Source: Bacillota bacterium
GTDB taxonomy: Bacteria; Bacillota; Clostridia; Lachnospirales; Lachnospiraceae
Length of the DNA stretch: 64,000 nt
Assembly (NCBI GenBank): GCA_023434365.1
Contig: JAEYSV010000042.1
Location: forward strand, 23,546-87,545
Direction: 5' to 3'
This document shows positions 9,394-17,283 of this stretch, in pieces; the stretch's first letter is position 1; each line of letters starts with the position of its first letter. The notes under the pieces were generated by a model. The model was not told the DNA's origin and made no database searches. It worked only from the letters and a program-made list of their open reading frames with translations. The translations under genes were made by a program, and so were the position numbers.

Positions 9394-10533
9394 CTAATAG
9401 CTTCGTCCGATACGGTCTGTGCTTGCGTTTTCCGCTTCAAAGATCTTTTCATCTACATAAGATACTTTATCTACCTTTTCTCCCCTTTCCAAACGTTCGA
9501 TAATCTCTGCTATTAGCGGTCCTTGCAAAGGGTTACATTCAATATCAACATTTATTAAGCCTGCTTCCATCTTATCAAATGCTTCTGAAACCGCATCAAA
9601 GGAAATGATTATGATATCCCCATTCACACCGCAGGTTAATCCCGCTTCCTGTATGGCCTCAATTGCACCAAATGTCATATCATCATTTTGTGAAACCAAG
9701 ACATCAATATCCTCATGTTTTCGCAAAAGCTCATTCATTACCTCTTTGCCCTTAGCCTTCGTAAAATCGCCGTTTTCACGTGCAAGAATATTCCAGTTCT
9801 TATGCTTACTGGCTATATCATTAAATCCACTGGTACGTCCTATCTGTGCAGTGGAATTTGGAGTACCTTCTAGTACAACGATATTAACGATATCCGAAGA
9901 GTCATTTTCCTCAGAATTATCCTTTTCTTTAGAAGTGTCTTTTCCCTCTGAAGTATTCTCATCTTTAGAAGTATCCTTTTCTTTAGAAGTATCCTTTTCC
10001 TCATCATTATTCGCTTTCGTTCTTTTCTCAAGATATTGTTCCAACCAATGCCCGGCTTTCTTGCCTTCTGCATATTTATCCGTGCCCACGCTTGCAATGT
10101 AAAGGCTGTCATCTCTCGTATCAATCATACGGTCTACAAGTATTACCGGAATGCCAGCTTCCTTCGCTTCCTCCAGTACAGTATCCCAGCCTGTCTCTGT
10201 TGTTGGTGCAATCACGATATAATCCACTTCCTGAAATATAAAGCTTCTTACGTCCTTAATCTGGTTCTCCTGCTTTTGTCTGGCATTGCTAAAAATCAGA
10301 GAAAATCCATTCTGAACTGTCAGTGCATTCTGGATTGATTTTGTATTCGCCGTGCGCCAGTCCGATTCCGAGCCAAGCTGTGAAAACCCAACGACGATCA
10401 AATCAGACTGTTTATCTTGTGCATTATCTTTATCATAGTATTGTTGTATTTTGATTGGTCTCAGGCTGCAATTTACTAGAATAATCGGAATAGCCAGAAA
10501 AATAACTAATATAATTACGAGTTTTTTATTCAT
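9394..10533 (-). CDS. Second YtfQ-like substrate-binding protein, probable sensor partner of the kinase
   Basis: VGFSQLGSESDWRTANT, ECNPLQGP. Overlaps the kinase stop by 4 bp. Confidence 0.88.
   Translation of the reverse strand: MNKKLVIILVIFLAIPIILVNCSLRPIKIQQYYDKDNAQDKQSDLIVVGFSQLGSESDWRTANTKSIQNALTVQNGFSLIFSNARQKQENQIKDVRSFIFQEVDYIVIAPTTETGWDTVLEEAKEAGIPVILVDRMIDTRDDSLYIASVGTDKYAEGKKAGHWLEQYLEKRTKANNDEEKDTSKEKDTSKDENTSEGKDTSKEKDNSEENDSSDIVNIVVLEGTPNSTAQIGRTSGFNDIASKHKNWNILARENGDFTKAKGKEVMNELLRKHEDIDVLVSQNDDMTFGAIEAIQEAGLTCGVNGDIIIISFDAVSEAFDKMEAGLINVDIECNPLQGPLIAEIIERLERGEKVDKVSYVDEKIFEAENASTDRIGRSY
9895..10000 (-). repeat. Degenerate 18-bp (6-aa) tandem repeat inside the SBP
   Basis: EKDTSK/EKDTSK/DENTSE/GKDTSK/EKDNSE/ENDSSD. 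Plus-strand unit approximately TTAGAAGTATCCTTTTCT. Confidence 0.85.
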
Positions 10534-12017
10534 ACTCTCCCCTCATTTCTTTCAATCAACCTTGCCGGTATCATAATCGCAATAATTGTGCCTTCACCTT
10601 TTTTGCTTTGAATATCTAATCCATACATACTACCATAATTTAATTTAATCCGCTTATTCACATTGGCCAAACCAAAACCAGTGCTCTGTTCACTCCCAGG
10701 GAATTCAACTGCCCTTCTTAACGCGTTTAACTCCTCATCATCCATTCCTATTCCGTTATCCATAACTTGAAAGCAGATATTATCCCCTCTTTTTTCACCG
10801 ATTACCGTGATTTTTCCTCTGGCCCGTAACATTTTAATTCCATGATATAGAGAATTCTCAACCAGCGGTTGCAACGTCAGCTTCAATATCTGATATTGAT
10901 ACAGTTCTTTCTGTATTGCGATTTCGTAATCTAGAATATCGCTATATCTAGACTGCTGTATCTGCAGATAGCTTTTAATATGTATTTCCTCTTCCAAAAT
11001 CGATATAAAATCCCTTCCCTTACTGACCGCAACCCTGAAAAACTCAGATAGCGATACTACGATGTCAATCGCTTCTTTATTCTTATTTCCTTCGATTAGC
11101 CAGATAATTGTATCTAACGTATTATATAGAAAATGAGGATTAATCTGTGCCTGCAAAAGCTTTGATTCCATATTTCTTAGGTTTTCCTGTTCCTGCCTTA
11201 TACTGTTGACCTGCTGTTCTAACTTGATAGCCATATCGTTAAAACTATCAGATAATACCGACAATTCATCATGATTCTCACACGATGTCCTCGTTGTAAA
11301 ATCACCTTTTGCTACCAACGCAGTCTTTTCGCATAACATTTTAATAGGTTTTGTAATGCTATCCGTTAACAAGACATTCATTAAGAAAGAGGCTATAATA
11401 ATGGAGGCCAGAGCTACTATCATCGTCAGAATAACTCTTGCCACCTGCTCATTCAGACTCTGTCTTATTGCCTCAAAATTCTGAGTTTCATAATAGATAT
11501 AATATTGGATTTCTTCTTGAAAAAGCTCTGTCAGAATATATATATCAGATTCTAACATCTCGATGTTCTCTTCATAACGCCCCGGGTAATCAAGACTATC
11601 GCGGATTTCATTGATTCTATCTTCCAAAGTATCAAGATTAAGCAGGATACGCTTAATCCAACCCAGACTTTCCCGTCCTGTGGTAATCTCCTGTAAGTTT
11701 GTAAAACTTTTTCTCGCATCTGATATTAACTCATATGGGTTTTCTAAATCGTGATTATCATCAATGGAATCGAAAGTTTCTGCTTCAACAACAATCTTAT
11801 ACATACTCTCGTCCATCTCGTTTTTAAAATTCAAGTTATAATTATTCGCTGCTGTTATTCTTCGTACAATCGTATCATATGCCGTGCTGTAATTATGTAG
11901 GGCAGTAATCTGGTAAACTGAGAGAATAATCATCGGAACAATGATGATAGCAGCTACCAGGATAAGTTTCATCCGCAGCGGATATTTGATCCGTTTTCCA
12001 TTCGTATATTGCGTCAT
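10530..12017 (-). CDS. Sensor histidine kinase, YesM/LytS family
   Basis: Two TMs, HAMP, QAQINPHFLYNTL, LQPLVENS, DNGIG, GFGLANV. Confidence 0.93.
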   Translation of the reverse strand: MTQYTNGKRIKYPLRMKLILVAAIIIVPMIILSVYQITALHNYSTAYDTIVRRITAANNYNLNFKNEMDESMYKIVVEAETFDSIDDNHDLENPYELISDARKSFTNLQEITTGRESLGWIKRILLNLDTLEDRINEIRDSLDYPGRYEENIEMLESDIYILTELFQEEIQYYIYYETQNFEAIRQSLNEQVARVILTMIVALASIIIASFLMNVLLTDSITKPIKMLCEKTALVAKGDFTTRTSCENHDELSVLSDSFNDMAIKLEQQVNSIRQEQENLRNMESKLLQAQINPHFLYNTLDTIIWLIEGNKNKEAIDIVVSLSEFFRVAVSKGRDFISILEEEIHIKSYLQIQQSRYSDILDYEIAIQKELYQYQILKLTLQPLVENSLYHGIKMLRARGKITVIGEKRGDNICFQVMDNGIGMDDEELNALRRAVEFPGSEQSTGFGLANVNKRIKLNYGSMYGLDIQSKKGEGTIIAIMIPARLIERNEGRV

Positions 12018-13639
12018 TCTTCACCTTTCCCCTGTAGCCTGTACTCCGACGGCGTACAATTCTGCGTCTTTTTAAAAATGTAACTAAAATAATGGGAATC
12101 AAGATAACCTACCAAATATCCAATTTCTGTTATCTTCCTGCCTGAGCATCTTAGGTACTCTTTTGCTTTGGCCATACGGATATCGGTAAGGTATTCAATA
12201 AAAGTCATACCTGTCTCTTGATTGAATAGTGAGCTAAAATAATTGGGGCTGATATTGACCTTTGATGCAACCTTATCTAGCGTTAGATCGCTCATGGAAT
12301 ATGAATGATGAATATATTCCTTCGCGTTTTCAATGAGTCCGGAATATCTTTTCTGACTGTTCTTATTGCGTAGATCAATCGCTCCCTTTAGTAAGGTCTT
12401 ATAGAATTTGCAGCATTCCTCCAGGCTCGTAAGTTGCTCGGTAATATCATTCATATTCTTAATGCTGTTATCTATCATTTCCTTAGAATACTCAAGATCT
12501 TTTAAAAATTTCATAATAGCGGAATATCCATCCATCATAATATACTGTCTAAAAAGGGTGGAACTCATAGCATTGGTATCGAGTTCATCAAAATACCTGT
12601 CTACAAATTCATCAACATCCTGCAATGTACCCCTCTTTAAGAATTCTTCTAGTAACGTTCGATCAAGCTTCTCAAGATTTAACTCACTGACATTAAGAAC
12701 TCGATTTCCTATCTGCTCATTCATGATGCGCACCTCATGATGGGATAAGAACTGATCGCCACGTTCAAAATAACGCAGCGAATAAGCCCTGTTCGCATCA
12801 AGAAAGGACTGCTTTATATCGCGTATACGATAAACTTCTCTTCCAATTCCTCCAAAATAATGTACCCTGCCGTCACAGATATTTCTTAACACTTCGCACA
12901 ATTCTTTCGTTAACACATCGATTTGCTCTTTATTCTCTCCTAAAAGAACAAATGCCCAACCCTCCATACCACGTTCAAATACTTTTATGTCAGAATATTT
13001 CTTTAAATCTTCCTGCATTCTGGCTTCGCATTGTACTATTTCATTAGAATATTCATACATATCCTCTTTCGCTTTAAGTTGAAACAGAATAACGCAATAA
13101 ACACTAGCTACCATATTGATACCTAGTTCTTCTCCCATTTCAATAATCTGTGAAAGCGACATTCTCCTACTGACCAATGCATTAAAGAAATCTTTTCTTT
13201 TTTCACCCTGCTTCTGATAAACCAAAAGCTGATACTGCTCTAGTATCTGTTTTTCTTTCCGTTCCTTTTCAATTGTAGCCGCTGCGTTTTTTACTGATGC
13301 CATCAGCTTACTGGATGTAACTGGTTTTAGCAAATATTCTGTGATGCCAATATCAATCGCCTGCTGCGCATAGGAAAAATCACTATAGCCGCTGATAATG
13401 ATTATTTTTAGCTGAGGCATCTCCTTCTTTAATAGTTTACTTAGCTCCAGACCATCCATAAACGGCATCTTAATATCAGTGATAAGAATATCCGGTTGCT
13501 CTCTTAAAATGGTAGGGTAAGCTAATTCGCCATCACTTTCATCTCCGACGATTGTAAATCCTTCTTCTTCCCAATGGATATTATGCTTAATACCTTCTCT
13601 TACTACAATCTCGTCTTCTACGATAAAAACCTTATACAT
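12014..13639 (-). CDS. Response regulator with AraC output domain (YesN family)
   Basis: MYKVFIVEDE start after GGGGG RBS, DIKMPFMDG, C-terminal AraC HTH (YFSYIFKK..TPSEYR). Confidence 0.93.
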   Translation of the reverse strand: MYKVFIVEDEIVVREGIKHNIHWEEEGFTIVGDESDGELAYPTILREQPDILITDIKMPFMDGLELSKLLKKEMPQLKIIIISGYSDFSYAQQAIDIGITEYLLKPVTSSKLMASVKNAAATIEKERKEKQILEQYQLLVYQKQGEKRKDFFNALVSRRMSLSQIIEMGEELGINMVASVYCVILFQLKAKEDMYEYSNEIVQCEARMQEDLKKYSDIKVFERGMEGWAFVLLGENKEQIDVLTKELCEVLRNICDGRVHYFGGIGREVYRIRDIKQSFLDANRAYSLRYFERGDQFLSHHEVRIMNEQIGNRVLNVSELNLEKLDRTLLEEFLKRGTLQDVDEFVDRYFDELDTNAMSSTLFRQYIMMDGYSAIMKFLKDLEYSKEMIDNSIKNMNDITEQLTSLEECCKFYKTLLKGAIDLRNKNSQKRYSGLIENAKEYIHHSYSMSDLTLDKVASKVNISPNYFSSLFNQETGMTFIEYLTDIRMAKAKEYLRCSGRKITEIGYLVGYLDSHYFSYIFKKTQNCTPSEYRLQGKGEE

Positions 13640-13832
13640 AATTCCCCCTAAAAACTGTGCCGTATTAGTATTAATACATATTGTACCATAATTAACCATT
13701 ATAAGAAATGTTTTCTAATAATAATTCTTTGTTTTATTAACCTTTTCATAACTTTGAACAACAAAAGACGCACCCATCAACTAGTGTTAATGAGTACGTC
13801 ATTTATGGTTATACCACCGTAAGAGAATCGTC

Positions 13833-15131
13833 TTACTCTTCTGGTAAAAGTTTTATGATTTTAAATGTCGAATTTATAATAAGCCATATCTGTGGATAGT
13901 AGCTCATAATATTCCATAAACCAGTGCCTTGCAATTTATTATCTATTGCTAGTGTGACAATCTCATTAATTGTTCTCGCATCAACAAACCATACTTCATA
14001 ATCGATAGTCTCAATCGGTAATTCATTCACATACCTAAAGTGTGGTGTTTTAGAGACCTCATCAAAAAGAATGGGGGTATCTGTTACATTAGCCAAATTA
14101 ATTGATGCACTTATTGAGTAAGCATTCGCTCTGGTAAATCCTTCAATATAGGGAAGTGTCCACAAATAACCCAATAATGGAAAGCCAATATTAAGCTTTT
14201 TAGGCTCAATCATTGTTTTAACATAATCCAAATACTCTGAGATATCTTGTATCGAAGCAACTGGCCTAGGGGGTCCATAGAGTGTTCCCCAATAAAATCG
14301 CCTCAAGAACGTTCCTTCAATTAGGTTATTAAATTCAGAATAATCTACTCGTTCGAATTTATCACCATTCTCTTCATCGCTAAATTCCGAATCTATGGTT
14401 ATAAACACCTTAAAGCCGGCTTCATTAATTAAAGGAACTACTCTTTTTAGAAATTCAATATATAACGATTGGGATCTTTCGTTTAACATTGTAAATACAA
14501 TATTGACACCATAATATCCTTTTTCTTGCATGATCTCAACTATTCTGTTGGCTTGATTTATTTGATTATCAACATTTAACAGAATCTCATACACTAACTC
14601 TGGAGACCGTTCGCCCCTGAAATTTAAACCTGATACAAGCAACAAAGGCTGTACTCCGAATTGTTTTGTCATAGTAATAATATCAGTTTCGTCGTAAACG
14701 GATACTAACCCCCCTTTTGGAGCCAACGTATAATTAAAAATGTTAAGATAGGTTAAATAGGGTAAAGTCATTCTTAAAATATCTTTTCCCACAAAAGAAA
14801 ACACATAGCCACTTGTCATGGTCTCTCCTTTTGTTTGATAGCTGATAACGATCATTTGCCCTACAATAAGGGTTTCATCTTCCCAAAGATGTGGATTGTT
14901 CCTATATAGCTGCATTAAAGGAATATTATAATCCTTAGCAATGCTTATCAAAGTATCTCCATCCTTAACTATATGTATTTGTTTTGGATAAGTAATTACC
15001 AACGTATCACCGACTGCCAGATTATTTGGATCTGAAACAAAATTCTCTTGTTGTAATCTTTTTTCTGATACTCTGTACTTGCTTGCAATTGAGGTAATCG
15101 TATCCCCTTCTTGTACTACATATACAATCAT
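13833..15131 (-). CDS. 2xLysM + GH18-like spore protein (YaaH/YdhD-like), catalytic motif degenerate
   Basis: YVVQEGDT and HIVKDGDT LysM repeats, LPYLTYL, YWGTLYGPP, EVWFVDAR, GLWNI. Confidence 0.85.
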   Translation of the reverse strand: MIVYVVQEGDTITSIASKYRVSEKRLQQENFVSDPNNLAVGDTLVITYPKQIHIVKDGDTLISIAKDYNIPLMQLYRNNPHLWEDETLIVGQMIVISYQTKGETMTSGYVFSFVGKDILRMTLPYLTYLNIFNYTLAPKGGLVSVYDETDIITMTKQFGVQPLLLVSGLNFRGERSPELVYEILLNVDNQINQANRIVEIMQEKGYYGVNIVFTMLNERSQSLYIEFLKRVVPLINEAGFKVFITIDSEFSDEENGDKFERVDYSEFNNLIEGTFLRRFYWGTLYGPPRPVASIQDISEYLDYVKTMIEPKKLNIGFPLLGYLWTLPYIEGFTRANAYSISASINLANVTDTPILFDEVSKTPHFRYVNELPIETIDYEVWFVDARTINEIVTLAIDNKLQGTGLWNIMSYYPQIWLIINSTFKIIKLLPEE

Positions 15132-15160
15132 ATACTTATATAAAACCCCTAGTTTTTATA

Positions 15161-15187
15161 ATTATATGAATTGCTTTTAATATCTAT
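15161..15187 (-). promoter_or_regulatory. SigE-type sporulation promoter
   Basis: Minus strand ATA-16 bp-CATATAAT about 30 bp upstream of the LysM-GH18 start. Matches the sigmaE consensus ATA-N16-18-CATAcanT. Confidence 0.6.
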
Positions 15188-15261
15188 TACACAGTCTGCA
15201 CATGCTTCTAGGACTAATTGACAGTTATAGTTGTTTTTATGGGGTTACTCAATTTCCTATT

Positions 15262-15834
15262 TCAATTTCCTATTTCAATCTCCATTGTATTCCAATTATG
15301 GTTTGAATACTTGATTTCTTTTAAATTACCTTTATAAATCAATCTACCTTCTATATTCAGCAGACTTTGAGGTCTTACTAGATTTCTTGATATATTAAGA
15401 TCTGCAATGCCGCTTTCCTTTAAAATGTGATACACAAATTCTGAGCACAAGAAGCTATAATCACTGCATACTGGTATGTTTAATAAGCTATGAAGAAGTC
15501 CCATATAGTTATATTTATAAAGCTCACTATGATAAATGAAATCATCTAATATAGCTTTCGCCAGTTCATACTGCTGCTTTGATACCTCAACCTCAATTAT
15601 TGCACCGGGCAAGGTACTGCTGAATTTGTATATTCCTTCATTAATGTCCTCTTTTTTAAATCTTCCAATAAAAGGGTTATTGGTATTCCTTCTTCCAAAG
15701 CTATACATATGGTTAAGCTCTTTATCTAAAGAAATAGCCGCGTGAGTATATTCATCATTTTTAAAAATCTGGATAAACCTGGACATCATCGTATTCGTTC
15801 TTGTCAGGACCATATATAAACAGTATTTTCTCAT
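15262..15834 (-). CDS. Hypothetical protein, permuted papain-like (NlpC/P60 YiiX/YaeF-type)
   Basis: N-terminal YTHAAI and C-terminal FLCSEFV (His before Cys order). Confidence 0.65.
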   Translation of the reverse strand: MRKYCLYMVLTRTNTMMSRFIQIFKNDEYTHAAISLDKELNHMYSFGRRNTNNPFIGRFKKEDINEGIYKFSSTLPGAIIEVEVSKQQYELAKAILDDFIYHSELYKYNYMGLLHSLLNIPVCSDYSFLCSEFVYHILKESGIADLNISRNLVRPQSLLNIEGRLIYKGNLKEIKYSNHNWNTMEIEIGN

Positions 15835-15932
15835 CTTCTAGTTCCTCCCTGAGTTAATTGATGTTCAGTTTCCTCCTCCAGTCAATGGTGATTTTCCATC
15901 TCATAACACCATTTCGCTATCTCTGTACTTCT

Positions 15933-16793
15933 TCATTTATCACTATTGTCAAACAGCACTTCCTCGGTAATACGCTCACTTAGGTCAAATAATCGCTTTG
16001 CGTTTCTTCTTGATTTGGCAGCTTTTGACGTTTTTTCCACCTTACAACGATAATAATATTTTCCTGTTATTTCACTTACCTCTGGACTGGTCGCTAAGTA
16101 AATAGCAGTTTTTGCTCCTTCTTCCGGTGTTAAAAATATCGGCTTTAATAACCTGGTTATGCTCTTTCCAAAACCTGTTTTCCGATCAACTCCCATGGAA
16201 GTTGCTACCGCTCCAGGATGACAGCAATTCACTGTAATTCCCCTGCTTTTTATTCTTATTGCTAATTCTCTTGTAAATAATACATTAGCAAGCTTAGATT
16301 GACTGTATGCTCTTATTACATTATAGCCCTTGGATAAATTATAATTATTAAAATGAATCTTTCCAACTTTATGTGCTCCAGAAGATACCACTACAATCCT
16401 GCTGCCCTGTTTCATCAAATCAAGTAGTCGTAGTGTTAATAGGAAATGTCCGATGTGATTCACCCCGAACTGTTCCTCCAAGCCATCCACCGTTTCTCTT
16501 CTATTCATGTAGATTACTCCTGCATTGTTCACCAATACATCTACCCTTACATATCTTTGTCTAAATTCATCGGTGAAATTTCTGATACTTTCCATACTGC
16601 CAAGGTCACACTGCATAAGCTGAATATCCCGTTTTGTATTTACTATCAATTCATCTAAAGCAGCTTGTCCTCGTTCCATATTTCTACATAACATAATAAC
16701 TAAATAGTCATTATCTGCAAGTGCAGCCACTGTTGCCTTACCCATACCGGAATTTCCACCGGTAACTATAGCTATTTTCTTATTAGTATCCAT
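15933..16793 (-). CDS. SDR oxidoreductase (retinol-dehydrogenase-like)
   Basis: TGGNSGMG, NNAG, YSQSK, HPGAV. Confidence 0.92.
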   Translation of the reverse strand: MDTNKKIAIVTGGNSGMGKATVAALADNDYLVIMLCRNMERGQAALDELIVNTKRDIQLMQCDLGSMESIRNFTDEFRQRYVRVDVLVNNAGVIYMNRRETVDGLEEQFGVNHIGHFLLTLRLLDLMKQGSRIVVVSSGAHKVGKIHFNNYNLSKGYNVIRAYSQSKLANVLFTRELAIRIKSRGITVNCCHPGAVATSMGVDRKTGFGKSITRLLKPIFLTPEEGAKTAIYLATSPEVSEITGKYYYRCKVEKTSKAAKSRRNAKRLFDLSERITEEVLFDNSDK

Positions 16794-16933
16794 AATTAAC
16801 CTCCACTGCTTAGATTTACTGTCACCTACGGATGAGCGGTAATAACATTACTCCAGTTGTGCATAGCTAAACTGGATTTATCTACATTCTACCACATGGT
16901 TTTTTCATTTACTATCAATTTAAGGATAAAAGA

Positions 16934-16970
16934 AGTGCCTCATTCCAATTATTTCTCGGAATGAGGCACT
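16934..16970. terminator. Intrinsic terminator after the small ORF
   Basis: AGTGCCTCATTCC / GGAATGAGGCACT 13-bp stem. Confidence 0.75.
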
Positions 16971-16987
16971 CTGAAGCACACTTAAAA

Positions 16988-17149
16988 CTACTGTGATATT
17001 TTTTTCGTTCTTTCTGAATCAGTCCCTATATTCTTATTTCTTTTTTCCACTTTACCAACACCGATTTTTCGTTCATTCTTCAAAATACCACTCTTTGTTT
17101 TTTTCTCTTCTATAAGCTTTTTCATTTTCTCAATATCATTCATTGACAT
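16988..17149 (-). CDS. Small basic protein (53 aa), not in the ORF track
   Basis: MSMNDIEKMKKLIEEKKTKSGILKNERKIGVGKVEKRNKNIGTDSERTKKISQ*, with a GGAG RBS and a terminator immediately downstream. Confidence 0.7.
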   Translation of the reverse strand: MSMNDIEKMKKLIEEKKTKSGILKNERKIGVGKVEKRNKNIGTDSERTKKISQ

Positions 17150-17283
17150 TTTTTTATCTCCATTCATTTATTAATCTATTCATTTCACTAATACTAGTTC
17201 TATTAACATCAGTGTTAGCTATATTATAATAACATATACTACTACAGAAATCACCAGGCGTCTAGTATAATGCTTCCCTCCTT

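Noticed and set aside
15249..15279. 13-bp tandem duplication TCAATTTCCTATT at a gene end
   Set aside because: Local slippage with no evident function
16811..16885. Purine riboswitch or hammerhead ribozyme
   Set aside because: Three-stem layout but lacks the conserved cores (UUUCUACC; CUGAUGA/GAAA)
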